A DNA stretch of 64,000 bases. Source: an uncultured Acidimicrobiia bacterium (GTDB lineage Bacteria > Acidobacteriota > Terriglobia > Versatilivoradales > Versatilivoraceae). The position numbers were made by a program, and so were the translations under genes. Below are positions 29,593 through 39,694 of the stretch, in pieces (positions within the stretch are counted from its first letter, which is position 1; each line of letters begins with the position of its first letter). The notes under the pieces were generated by a model. It made no database searches, was not told the origin of the DNA, and worked only from the letters and a program-made list of their open reading frames with translations. The stretch spans positions 224,001 to 288,000 of the forward strand of contig CAWBAT010000004.1 of NCBI GenBank assembly GCA_963786955.1, written 5' to 3'.

Positions 29593-31497
29593 TTAGAGCA
29601 AAATCCGAACATCCCCCGCCCGACGGGTAATTCTTTCCCGATCCAGATATTCCAAGAGCGGGATGGCATATTTTCTTGAAACGTCGGTGAGTTCTTTGAA
29701 CTTCCCCACGTCGATCCGGTCGGATGTTTTCTTGTAATTGGCCAAGATTTCTTTCAGCTGATGGATCGCATCGGCGTGAAAAACAAGGCTTTCTGAAATC
29801 TTGACCAGTCTCTTCTCCCTCGATAGCAATGCTACCAGACTGCGGGCTTGATCTTTTGGAACCGACAATCCGGAAAGGACTTCGTCCAGCTGGGGGACTT
29901 TCCAGCCCGCTTCCCGAAAGACGCGTTCGATGGTGTCTTTACTGCTCCCTTCCAATTGGTTCAGTTTAACCTGATGACCGTAAAGCCGAACCTTCTCTTG
30001 CTCCACTTGGATCTTCTTGGTTTTAAGTAGTGATTCGATGACCACTCCGGCGGCATCTGGATGGCTCCGCTTGAAAATCTGGGAGAAGAGTTGTTCTTTG
30101 GAAACCCCCAACGACAAGGGTTCCTGCTCATGATGCCGCCCCAAAGCCTGACAGACTTCATCCTCCAGTTGCCCAAATGCGTTTACATCCATCACTCCGA
30201 TGGGATCGGCGGAGAGTAAGACCAAACGCCTCTCTCGAACCAGCCGGTTAAGAATTTCCTTAACTTGAATTTTCTGGGTTAAGGTTTGAGAAAGAAGCTC
30301 TGCCTCGCCCAATCCAAGATTCTTGTTCCGCCGCGCAAGAGGCATGACCATTTCATCCAAGCGTTGCATTGCTATCGACTGTAGAAATTCCTGGGCAGCA
30401 CCCGTAAACCTTCTTGCGCGTGGAGGGTGAATATCCAGGACAGCGCCTCCTCCGAGCGTGGAGAGCGGGGAGACCCTCCGAAAAATAAAGCGGTCTCGGG
30501 GTATCCAAAGTGCTTCTTCATCCAAAGCAACCCGGGCAAACCCGTTATCCCCCGGCTTAATTTCCTTGGATGAGAGAGGAATAATCATGCCGATGATCTC
30601 GGACGTCCCATGATGCAAACGGACTTTCATCTTATTCCGGATCGGGACGGGAGAGGAGTCCAGGACCTGGATCTGAGCGTCAAACACTTTTACAGGAGTG
30701 TACCGCTTAGGTTCCGCGAGTTCCATACCCCGCCTTAACTCGTGGACTTCAACTCCGTGTAGATTGACTGCCGTTCGCTGACCTGCCACTGCCTGATTCG
30801 TTGAAGAAGCGTGGACTTGAATCCCTCGGATACGGCCTTTGATCCCGACAGGATAGATTTCGATTTCCTGGTCTTTCTGAAGAGTTCCGCTCACAAGTGT
30901 CCCGGTCACTACAGTCCCATAGCCACGAAGACTGAAGACCCGATCAATGGGTAAGCGAGGCGAATCCGATAGGGATTTTGGCGGGAGCTGATGGCAAATC
31001 GTGTAAAGGCATTCCTTCAATTCACCGATGCCAGATCCGGATCGTGAGCTGACAGAGATCATGGGAGCAGTCTCGAGAAACGACCCTTTGAGAAATGCTT
31101 GAACCTCAATTTTCACCAATTCTAACAGATCCGGTTCAACCAGATCGATCTTGGATATCACCACAACGCCCTTTGAGATCTTCAAAAGTTCGCAAATTTC
31201 CAGATGCTCCCGAGTTTGCGGCATGACAGATTCATCGGCTGCAATTACCAGGATGACCGCATCGATCCCTCCGACTCCGGCCAGCATATTCTTGATAAAT
31301 CGTTCATGGCCAGGAACATCGACAAAGCCGATTTGCAAGTCCTCATGAAGCAAAAGATTGGCAAACCCTAGATCAATCGTAATGCCTCTTTCTTTCTCCT
31401 CTTTCAGACGGTCGGGATGAACCCCTGTCATCGCCTCGATTAAGGCACTTTTTCCATGATCGATGTGGCCTGCCGTTCCCACGATGGCGTTTTTCAT
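29593..31497 (-). CDS. selB: Selenocysteine-specific translation elongation factor
   Basis: [34 protein letters not shown]; C-terminal winged helix [13 protein letters not shown]. Confidence 0.96.
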   Translation of the reverse strand: MKNAIVGTAGHIDHGKSALIEAMTGVHPDRLKEEKERGITIDLGFANLLLHEDLQIGFVDVPGHERFIKNMLAGVGGIDAVILVIAADESVMPQTREHLEICELLKISKGVVVISKIDLVEPDLLELVKIEVQAFLKGSFLETAPMISVSSRSGSGIGELKECLYTICHQLPPKSLSDSPRLPIDRVFSLRGYGTVVTGTLVSGTLQKDQEIEIYPVGIKGRIRGIQVHASSTNQAVAGQRTAVNLHGVEVHELRRGMELAEPKRYTPVKVFDAQIQVLDSSPVPIRNKMKVRLHHGTSEIIGMIIPLSSKEIKPGDNGFARVALDEEALWIPRDRFIFRRVSPLSTLGGGAVLDIHPPRARRFTGAAQEFLQSIAMQRLDEMVMPLARRNKNLGLGEAELLSQTLTQKIQVKEILNRLVRERRLVLLSADPIGVMDVNAFGQLEDEVCQALGRHHEQEPLSLGVSKEQLFSQIFKRSHPDAAGVVIESLLKTKKIQVEQEKVRLYGHQVKLNQLEGSSKDTIERVFREAGWKVPQLDEVLSGLSVPKDQARSLVALLSREKRLVKISESLVFHADAIHQLKEILANYKKTSDRIDVGKFKELTDVSRKYAIPLLEYLDRERITRRAGDVRILL

Positions 31498-31644
31498 ATC
31501 TAATTCAGACCGCGGAACCTATAAGGACTCCCTTAGATCTAAGCACTACTTTTCATAAATACGGTGACGTTTACGACAGGTCAGTGACCCGACCCACACC
31601 TATGTAGGCTTGGGGTTTTCTCAAGAGCCCCAACCCCATGCGGC

Positions 31645-32086
31645 GACTATCTTAAGACACTCCCTGGTAATCATGAATGGTATTACTTAGTTCCCAATTC
31701 CTCCCATTTCTTGTATTTCATCAAATAAATTGCAAAAATTCGTATAAAAGACGTATTACACACTCCAATTGGGTTCTCAGATTTCCCGTCAACAAGGGAA
31801 GTAAGGATTGCTCTATTCTATATAAATATCTGATGATTAATAATTTAGCTAAAATTGGGCATTAGAATGGAGACGAAAACGGCACATGGAGTCATTGTGA
31901 TTTTTTTTACTTGACTCCTGAATTTTTTGGATTAGAATGGATAACAATTGGCTCAGTAAGATATAACCACTATTGAAGAGTATCTTGTGAACAAGAGCTC
32001 CCGCCATAAAAGAGTAGTTGCAAGCCATACTTTCGCTGTCTTTGGACAGTCGACCTGTAATTTTTGTCTCTTCTCTTAAGATAGTC
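31645..32086. repeat. Perfect 13-bp inverted repeat pair flanking an AT-rich intergenic segment
   Basis: GACTATCTTAAGA (31645-31657) and TCTTAAGATAGTC (32074-32086). Confidence 0.7.
31911..31938 (+). promoter_or_regulatory. sigma70-like promoter with no downstream gene
   Basis: T-tract followed by TTGACT-N16-TAGAAT. Confidence 0.45.
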
Positions 32087-32101
32087 ACACCTATGGAAAT
32101 C

Positions 32102-32136
32102 CCCCTCTCAGGCAACTGAGAGGGGCGATTCTTTTC
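32102..32136. terminator. Hairpin terminator (galU 3' end and/or plus-strand transcript)
   Basis: CCCCTCTCAG-GCAA-CTGAGAGGGG followed by CGATTCTTTTC. Confidence 0.6.
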
Positions 32137-32209
32137 ATGAAATAGAGTTCACAATACAAATTGGAGTGGAGTGTCCGGCGAGTGGAAGATTCTCTTGTTC
32201 TCTAACGAT

Positions 32210-33088
32210 TTACAAATTTAATGATTTCAAATAGTTAGAAAAATCCTTTCCCAAATCCTCCCGCTTGAGGGCAAATTCAACAGTCGCCTTAAGGAAGCCA
32301 AGTTTATCCCCCGCGTCGTACCGTTTGCCTTCAAATTGATAAGCATAGATCGACTGTTTTTCGAGTAAGAGTCGCAGACCGTTAGTCAACTGAATCTCCC
32401 CTCCTCTATCCGGTGGTGTCTTCTCTAGAATCTCGAATATCTCAGGGGTCAAAATATAACGGCCGATGATGGCCAGATTTGAGGGTGCCTGTTCAAAAGG
32501 GGGCTTCTCCACCAGATCTTCCACCCGGTAAGTGTGAGAGAAAAGTCCTTCCTCTTCTAAGGCTTTGCCTTTTATGACCCCGTAGCGGGAAATTTCAGGT
32601 CCATCAACAACCTGGGTCGCCAGTATCGACGACTGGAGTTTTTCGAAAACAGAAATCATCTGCCGAGTGCAGGGGACTTTGGAATCAATAATGTCATCTC
32701 CCAAAAGCACAACGAAAGGTTCATTCCCAATGAGGGGTTTTGCAACTAGAATGGCGTGACCAAGACCCAAAGCTTCTTTCTGCCGGACATAAGAGACCGA
32801 GACCATTTTCGAGATCTCCCTGACCTGGTCCAAAAGGTCAAGTTTCCCTCTCACCTCCAAAATCTTTTCTAATTCAAAGGAGACATCGAAATGGTCTTCA
32901 ATTGCATTTTTCCCGCGGCCGGTCACGATGATCACATGTTCAATCCCTGAGGCGACGGCCTCCTCGACAACATATTGAATGAGAGGCTTATCAACCAAAG
33001 GCAGCATTTCTTTAGGTTGTGACTTGGTCGCCGGGAGAAAGCGAGTGCCTAAACCCGCTGCAGGGAATACAGCCTTTCGAAGCTTCAT
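32210..33088 (-). CDS. galU: UTP--glucose-1-phosphate uridylyltransferase
   Basis: KAVFPAAGLGTRFLPATKSQPKEMLP, LGLGHA, VEKP, GEIQLT. Confidence 0.96.
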   Translation of the reverse strand: MKLRKAVFPAAGLGTRFLPATKSQPKEMLPLVDKPLIQYVVEEAVASGIEHVIIVTGRGKNAIEDHFDVSFELEKILEVRGKLDLLDQVREISKMVSVSYVRQKEALGLGHAILVAKPLIGNEPFVVLLGDDIIDSKVPCTRQMISVFEKLQSSILATQVVDGPEISRYGVIKGKALEEEGLFSHTYRVEDLVEKPPFEQAPSNLAIIGRYILTPEIFEILEKTPPDRGGEIQLTNGLRLLLEKQSIYAYQFEGKRYDAGDKLGFLKATVEFALKREDLGKDFSNYLKSLNL

Positions 33089-33356
33089 TGATCTTACCTC
33101 TCTAAAGGGAGCATATGCTCTTTGCTAAACATAATTTAGCCAACCCACCTTCTACTATTGGAGCAAGAGGCACTGAGGGTTGGGGAAAGAGGGGGATTGC
33201 GACACACGATTTGGACTGGAAGCGACTGAAAAAAGCCTTTTCAGTATCTCCTATTTGGAGTTTGCGGACAACGAGATTCTACCGTCCGGATTGTATGAAT
33301 GCTCCATAGATAAGGGCGTTCAATCGATGCCCGTCGCACGTCGACATGAGCCTGAA

Positions 33357-34784
33357 TTACCTATCGTGTGTGGCATTTCCTCTAGACCAGTAAAAATAAA
33401 TCGGCGCCCCCAAAGCGACGATGCCTAATCCGATCAACGCCTCTTTGGGCTGGGACAAGACAATATTCACCAGGATCAAACAATAAGAAAGGATGAAGAC
33501 CCCTGGCACCCAAGGAAAACCATGGGTCTTGTAGGGCCGCGGGAGATCGGGTTGGCTGATGCGAAGCCAAAATACGGCCGCCCCCGTCATAATCGAGAAA
33601 CTGAGCATGGCAACGACGGTATAAGTAAGAAGTTGGTAAAAGCTACCCGAAATGGTGAGCAGACAAGTCCAAACCGCTTGCAGGATAATCGAGTAGGAGG
33701 GAGTCTTGTAGGCCGGATGGATCGTGGCCGCTCTCTTAAAGAATAGGCCGTCCCGAGCCATCGCATAATAAATCCGAGGCGCCGTCAGGATGACCGAGTT
33801 AACGGCTCCAAGGATTGAAACCAATATGATCGCAGACAAAACCAGGGCAGCCCTAGTTCCGAATAACGCCGTCGTCGCCTTCTCCCCCACGTTGATGATC
33901 CCTTTCATCTGATCTGGCGACAGGGCATAGAGATAAGCGACATTCATCAAGAAGTAGATCGCCGTCACAATCAAGCTGCCACTGATGATCGAATAAGGGA
34001 TATTCCGCTCCGGCCGGCGAATTTCACTGGCGACATAGGTAGAAGCAAACCAGCCGGTATAAGTAAAAAAAACGGCAATCATGGCCAGAGCCAATCGCCC
34101 GGGCAGGACGCCCGCTTCAATCGACTGCCCTGAGCTAAAGTTTCCCCAGTTGCCTTTTCCGATGGTCAATCCCAATCCACAAATGGCGAAGATGGAAATT
34201 AATTTCGCGAGGGTCAGGATGTTTTGGGCGCGACTGCCCTGCTTCACTCCGACATAATTAATTGCCGAAAAAAAAAGCACAATGCCGACGGCGGCGACTT
34301 GATTGGTTGAAAGACTCCAACGAAAGCCCGGCCCTTGAAAATTAAGCAATACCTGATCGAAAAAAGAAGGCCAGAAGGGCTTCAGGTAAGCACACGCGCC
34401 CAGACTCATGGCCGCAATGGATCCCGGATTCGTCACAAAAAAATAAGTCCACCCGCTCAGGAAGGCCCAGAAAGAACCATAGGCTTCGCGCAGGTACACA
34501 TATTCTCCTCCGGCTTGGGGCAGCATGGCCCCTAACTCTGCATAGGTCAAGGCCCCACACAGGGTCAGCAGGCCACCGAGAAACCAAACGAGAAGGATCA
34601 TCTTCGGATTCGGCAGGGCGTCGGCAACCAGACCAGTGGTCGTAAAAATCCCGATCCCGACGATGTTTCCGACAATGATCATCGTGGCATCGAATAATCC
34701 CAGACGTCGCTCGAGTTCGATCGGTCCTTGGCCAGCCATGGGCTTCTGGGTATTCGAGTTGGGTTGCGAGGAGTGAAGATTCAT
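33357..34784 (-). CDS. APC family amino acid permease
   Basis: IVGIGIF, ELGAMLPQAGGEYVYLREAYG, PRIYYAMARDGLF; about 12 TM helices. Confidence 0.92.
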   Translation of the reverse strand: MNLHSSQPNSNTQKPMAGQGPIELERRLGLFDATMIIVGNIVGIGIFTTTGLVADALPNPKMILLVWFLGGLLTLCGALTYAELGAMLPQAGGEYVYLREAYGSFWAFLSGWTYFFVTNPGSIAAMSLGACAYLKPFWPSFFDQVLLNFQGPGFRWSLSTNQVAAVGIVLFFSAINYVGVKQGSRAQNILTLAKLISIFAICGLGLTIGKGNWGNFSSGQSIEAGVLPGRLALAMIAVFFTYTGWFASTYVASEIRRPERNIPYSIISGSLIVTAIYFLMNVAYLYALSPDQMKGIINVGEKATTALFGTRAALVLSAIILVSILGAVNSVILTAPRIYYAMARDGLFFKRAATIHPAYKTPSYSIILQAVWTCLLTISGSFYQLLTYTVVAMLSFSIMTGAAVFWLRISQPDLPRPYKTHGFPWVPGVFILSYCLILVNIVLSQPKEALIGLGIVALGAPIYFYWSRGNATHDR

Positions 34785-34806
34785 GTCGGTACGATCGCGG
34801 TTGGCA

Positions 34807-36222
34807 CTAAGACAAATGCATGATTACCGTTTTCAATTCAGTCATTTCTTGAATCGCGTACTTGGGACCTTCCTTGCCAAAACCACTCTCCTTCAAGCCT
34901 CCGTAGGGCATCAGGTCGGCACGCCACTGGGGCCCCCAGTTGATGTGAAGGTTGCCCGATTCAACTTCCCGCGCAAATTTCATGGCCCACTCGAGGTTTT
35001 CGGTAAAAATACCAGCCGAGAGACCATAGCGGGAATCGTTGGCCAGGCTTATGGCCTCTTCGATCGAGTTGACAGCCGTCAGCGCGACGGCAGGCCCAAA
35101 CAATTCTTCGCATGAGACCGGCATTCCGGGACGGACATCGGCAATCACCGTAGGTTCAAGCAAAGCGCCTTGCCGCTCTCCCCCCGTCAAGACTCGCCCC
35201 CCCGCTCGCTCTGATTCCCGGATCCAGTCTTGCACACGAATGGCATCTTTCTCACGAATCATCGGTCCCATTTTGACGGATTCATCCAGGGGATTTCCAG
35301 TCGTGATGGATTCAATCCGGGGTTTCAATTTCTCCAACAACAGGTCATAGACCGGTTTCAATGCGACCACGCGTTGAGTGCTGATACAAACCTGGCCGGC
35401 ATTGCTATAGCCGGTGATGGCGATTGCGTCGCACACTTTATTGAGGTCTGCATCGGGCATGATGATAAGCGGTGAGTTGCTCCCCAGCTCCATGGTCACG
35501 CGCTTAATCCCGGCGATGCGGCAGATGTGCTCGCCGATTTCTCGACTTCCCGTGAAAGAGATCTTACGCACTCTGGAATCCCGACAAAAAATGTCTCCAA
35601 TTTCCCCACCCGATCCCGTCACGCATTGAATTGCGGCAGTAGGCAACCCGGCCTCCAACAAAATCTCTGTCAGTTTCAAAGCCGAAAGAGGCGTATCCGT
35701 GGCAGGTTTGATGATCACACTGTTCCCCGCGGCGAGGGCCGGTCCGACTTTGTGCACCACCAGGTTTAAGGGGAAATTGAAAGGACAGATCGCCACGACC
35801 ACGCCACAAGGAACCCGCAAGGTAAAACCTAGGCGGTTCCCGGCGCCAGGTGAGCCATCCAGCGGCAGCACTTCACCGCCCAGCCGTTTAGCTTCTTCTC
35901 CTGAGAGCAGCAGAACTTGCACCGCTCGAGACACTTCGAAACGGGCTTCCGCAATGACTTTTCCTTCTTCGAGCGTAATCGTTCGAGCCAGATCCTCGCT
36001 GCGCTGCTCCATCATCTCCGCAGCCCGCTTCAAGATGACATAACGATCGTAACCCGACGTCCGGCGCATTTTTCTGGAACCTTCCATTGCGGACCGGATC
36101 GCTTCCTCGACATCGGCAGCATCGGCGCGCGGGACAGCGTCAACTACCGTTCCGTCATAAGGATTAAGAACTTCTATTTTTTGGGGCCGATCCTGCCAAC
36201 TCTCGGACAGATACATCCTCAT
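34807..36222 (-). CDS. NAD(P)-dependent aldehyde dehydrogenase (paralog of 26390-27820)
   Basis: PFNFP, KISFTGS, MELGSN, AGQVCIS, ELFGP; start ATG 36222 after GAGGAG. Confidence 0.92.
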   Translation of the reverse strand: MRMYLSESWQDRPQKIEVLNPYDGTVVDAVPRADAADVEEAIRSAMEGSRKMRRTSGYDRYVILKRAAEMMEQRSEDLARTITLEEGKVIAEARFEVSRAVQVLLLSGEEAKRLGGEVLPLDGSPGAGNRLGFTLRVPCGVVVAICPFNFPLNLVVHKVGPALAAGNSVIIKPATDTPLSALKLTEILLEAGLPTAAIQCVTGSGGEIGDIFCRDSRVRKISFTGSREIGEHICRIAGIKRVTMELGSNSPLIIMPDADLNKVCDAIAITGYSNAGQVCISTQRVVALKPVYDLLLEKLKPRIESITTGNPLDESVKMGPMIREKDAIRVQDWIRESERAGGRVLTGGERQGALLEPTVIADVRPGMPVSCEELFGPAVALTAVNSIEEAISLANDSRYGLSAGIFTENLEWAMKFAREVESGNLHINWGPQWRADLMPYGGLKESGFGKEGPKYAIQEMTELKTVIMHLS

Positions 36223-36449
36223 GAGAAACTCCTCTCCGTCGCCATTCTGAAGAGACAACACCATCCGTGCAACTCGTTCTGGCAGGGATACTTTATCATA
36301 TCTCGTCCCTCAACGTTTCAGGGGGCTTTTGCGATGCTTACTTCCCATCTGCGCACTTGCTAGAACCATCTCCCCGTCGGCTCTACCTGACACCCAGTCG
36401 CATTTTCGAGTTGGCCGCAGATAGTGGTAGAGCGTGAACTCCTGCGCCC

Positions 36450-36496
36450 GCTGGAACGCGCGCGGGTGGACAGCGGTCCCCCGCGCGCGTTCCAGC
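36450..36496. repeat. Perfect 17-bp GC-rich inverted repeat
   Basis: GCTGGAACGCGCGCGGG-tGGACagcgGTCC-CCCGCGCGCGTTCCAGC. Confidence 0.8.
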
Positions 36497-36587
36497 ATTA
36501 GTCGGCTGAAAATACGTGACCGCATTTCTGATCCGGAATGGCGCGCTTTAGAAGGAATGATGAAAGTTTACTTCGAAAAAAGAGGTT

Positions 36588-37961
36588 TTAGCGGAGGTCG
36601 TACTTTTTGGCAAAGTAGCGGAAGGAGCGGAAGGACATCTTTAATAACTCCGCCGCTCTGGTTTGCACCCCGCCGGTTTTGTGAAGAGCCTCGAGGATAT
36701 AGGACTTTTCAATGTCGGAGAGATGTCGTTCCAGATCGATTCCATTTTCTGGAATCTTGTCGTAGTCAGAACTTTCACTTGAGTTCAAGCAACTGATCCT
36801 GGTAGGAAGGCGTTCCGGGCGGATTTCCTCTCCCGTCTCAAAGGCCACCGCGCGTTCAATAGTGTTCTCGAGCTCCCGGACATTGCCGGGCCAATCATAG
36901 TGCTCAAGCTGTCTCATGGCTTCTTCGCTTACCCCGAGAATCGAACGCTGCATTTGCACATTGTACTTATTCAGGAAATGCCCCACAAGCAAGGGAATGT
37001 CCTCTTTGCGCTTCCGCAAGGGAGGAATGTCCAGAGGAATCACACTAACGCGGTAGTAGAGATCCTCCCGGAATCTATTTTCCGACACAAGCTTCAAAAG
37101 CTCTTTGTTCGTGGCGGCAATAACCCGAACGTCGACCGACACTTCATCAGTCCCGCCGACGCGGCGAAACTTTCTTTCCTGAAGCACACGGAGGATTTTG
37201 ACCTGCATGGAGAGGCTCATTTCGCCAATCTCATCCAGGAAGATCGTCCCCTTGTCAGCAATTTCAAACAATCCTTTCTTGTTAGACGATGCTCCCGTAA
37301 AGGCACCCCGCATATATCCAAAAAGTTCGCTTTCCAGGAGTGTTTCCGGGAACGCCCCGCAATTGATGGAGACAAAGGGGAGGTCGGCTCGGGAACTATT
37401 CAAATGGATCGCTTTTGCCACCAATTCCTTCCCGGTTCCGCTCTCACCCGTGATGAGTACCGTACTCTGCGTCGCCCCAATGGTTTCAATGGCCCGAAAC
37501 AATTCCTTCATCATCGGGCTGTTGCCGATGATTTGGTCGATGCCATTTTGCTGGCCAAATTGTTGTTTGAGCAGCCGGTGCTCTTGTCTCAGCCGGTAGA
37601 ATTCAAGGGACTTCGAAACGGAAATCTTCAACTCTTGAATGAAGTCCTCGTTATCCTTCAAGATGTAGTCGGCCGCCCCCATTTTGAGCGCTTGAATGGC
37701 GTTTTCAGTGGTGGCATAGGCAGTCATCATGATGACCAAGGTCTCGGCATTTTCCGACTTAACTTCTCTGAGGACGTCAATTCCACTTCCATCCATCATC
37801 TTGATGTCTGTGATCACCAAGTCGAACGATCCATTCTTCAGCTGCTGCGTGGCCTCTTGAAAGCCAGAGGCCGCCGCCACGGTATGGCCTTCCTTTCTGA
37901 AGACGACCTGCAGCACATCGCGAATGGATCGCTCGTCATCGACAATGAGCACCTTTGACAT
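36588..37961 (-). CDS. pilR: sigma54-dependent response regulator PilR-like
   Basis: REC domain, [31 protein letters not shown], Fis-type HTH; pil cluster context. Confidence 0.85.
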   Translation of the reverse strand: MSKVLIVDDERSIRDVLQVVFRKEGHTVAAASGFQEATQQLKNGSFDLVITDIKMMDGSGIDVLREVKSENAETLVIMMTAYATTENAIQALKMGAADYILKDNEDFIQELKISVSKSLEFYRLRQEHRLLKQQFGQQNGIDQIIGNSPMMKELFRAIETIGATQSTVLITGESGTGKELVAKAIHLNSSRADLPFVSINCGAFPETLLESELFGYMRGAFTGASSNKKGLFEIADKGTIFLDEIGEMSLSMQVKILRVLQERKFRRVGGTDEVSVDVRVIAATNKELLKLVSENRFREDLYYRVSVIPLDIPPLRKRKEDIPLLVGHFLNKYNVQMQRSILGVSEEAMRQLEHYDWPGNVRELENTIERAVAFETGEEIRPERLPTRISCLNSSESSDYDKIPENGIDLERHLSDIEKSYILEALHKTGGVQTRAAELLKMSFRSFRYFAKKYDLR

Positions 37962-37970
37962 TCGAATACC

Positions 37971-39620
37971 TCAAGCCGAAAGCGCCATATCAGGCACTTC
38001 GGGAAAACGGGGAAGAGTAATCTGAAATACGGTTCCCTGGCCTTTCACTGAGTTTACCGTGATCGAACCATTGTGAGCGGCTATGATTTGCGACACGATC
38101 GAAAGGCCTAAGCCCGTCCCACCACTGAATGAAGATTGGAAGGGTTCGAAGATCTTTTCCTGCTCCTCGTGCGTAAATCCCCGGCCAGTATCTCTAAAAC
38201 TGATTTTCACTTCACCGGGGTTGGCGATTTCCAGATTGATGGAGAGGTGCCCCCCTTCAGGCATGGCCTTTACGGCATTTCCACAAAGGTTCCAATAGAT
38301 TTGCCGGATCAGATCCGGGTCCCCCTGGCACCGAAAGGAGTCTTCCGGGTTGCTAAATGAATACTCAATTTGATGGTGTGTTGAGATTTCCGGGCTATTC
38401 CGAATCAACTCGACTGTATCTTTCGTCAAGGCTTTCAAATCCACCAGTCGCGGGGAGTAGTTGACAGGCCTGGCATATCCCAAAAACTCGGTGATGATGC
38501 GATAGAGCCGCCGGATTTCTAAAGAAATATTCTCCGCCAGCTTGTACTGATCAGGGTTGAGCGGTAGTTCCGTTTTCAACACCTGAAACGATCCGGTAAT
38601 CGCGGTTAAGGGATTTCGGATTTCATGGGCGATAGAAGCCGCCATTTTCCCCAGCACCGCCATCCGGTCTTGCTGCATGACCTGCTGCTCGAGTTCCTTA
38701 ATTTCCGTCAGATCCTGAAAAGTAAAGACATAACCAATCTGTTTCTTCCCATCGATGAGGAACGGAGAAACCGTAAACCCAAGGTAAAGATTATGTCCTT
38801 GCGAGTTTTGGATGGTCCTTTCAAAGCGGAACGGGAGTTGCTCGTCACTAAACGCCGAACCTCTCCACGAGGTCTCCCCAAAAATTCTCCCGATGTGCAT
38901 ACCAATCGCCGTGTCTTGTGAAAAACCGGAGATTTCTGAAGCAGAACGGTTGAACAAAGTGATGAATCCATCGAGGTTCGTGGTGAAAAGGCCTCCTCTC
39001 ATACTGTTGATGATATTTTCATTGAAGGCCTGTAATGCAGCCAGTTTGCCGCTTTTATCCTCCAGTTCCGACCCAGTTTTGCGGAGCGTTTCGGATAAAT
39101 GGCTGCTCAGGTAGGCGACCACATAAAAAGCAAAAATATTGGTTCCGATCAGGTAGCGTATGGTCCTGGGGTCCGTCACGTTGTAAAGAGTGGAAGGAAG
39201 AATTCCCCATTCCGTCAACTCGTATTGGGCCACAACTAGAAAGGCACTCAGGGTAGAGGCAATGTAGGCCCCTCTGCGATACAGCAGGATGCTAGCCATG
39301 ATGATGGACAGTAAGTAGAGAAATAGAAAGTAACTGTCTATCCCGCCCGTACAGTAGATGATCGCCGAGGTAACTAGAAGATCGCTGCAAGTCTGAAGAT
39401 AGGCCTGCCAAACATACTTTTTGTGAAATTGGAGGAAGAGGTAGTGGATGGCACTGACGACATAGATCGCCACGACGACCCGCGATAGGCCGTTGGCCGC
39501 TTCATTAGTCGAGACGGCAGACTCCACACCCAGGATGACACCCAACAGGGTCGTGGCCACAACAATCCGTAACTTAATGAGCCAGGAGAGCCATTCACGA
39601 ATGTTTTTTGGCATACTCAA
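37971..39620 (-). CDS. pilS: Sensor histidine kinase PilS-like
   Basis: Multi-TM N-terminus (TGGIDSYF), PAS, AHEIRNPL, GTGLGL; between pilC and pilR. Confidence 0.85.
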   Translation of the reverse strand: MSMPKNIREWLSWLIKLRIVVATTLLGVILGVESAVSTNEAANGLSRVVVAIYVVSAIHYLFLQFHKKYVWQAYLQTCSDLLVTSAIIYCTGGIDSYFLFLYLLSIIMASILLYRRGAYIASTLSAFLVVAQYELTEWGILPSTLYNVTDPRTIRYLIGTNIFAFYVVAYLSSHLSETLRKTGSELEDKSGKLAALQAFNENIINSMRGGLFTTNLDGFITLFNRSASEISGFSQDTAIGMHIGRIFGETSWRGSAFSDEQLPFRFERTIQNSQGHNLYLGFTVSPFLIDGKKQIGYVFTFQDLTEIKELEQQVMQQDRMAVLGKMAASIAHEIRNPLTAITGSFQVLKTELPLNPDQYKLAENISLEIRRLYRIITEFLGYARPVNYSPRLVDLKALTKDTVELIRNSPEISTHHQIEYSFSNPEDSFRCQGDPDLIRQIYWNLCGNAVKAMPEGGHLSINLEIANPGEVKISFRDTGRGFTHEEQEKIFEPFQSSFSGGTGLGLSIVSQIIAAHNGSITVNSVKGQGTVFQITLPRFPEVPDMALSA

Positions 39621-39694
39621 AAAAAGGAAAGGGTTACTGATCCAACCATCTCAACGACCCGATCCTTGAGCCTCGAGTTTTCCAGCAGGAATTA

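Noticed and set aside
31938-31950. GGATAACAATT resembling half of the lac operator
   Set aside because: Only a half-site in AT-rich DNA with no vector context; likely chance
36900-37958. 352-aa plus-strand ORF
   Set aside because: Antisense shadow of pilR, which has all the family motifs
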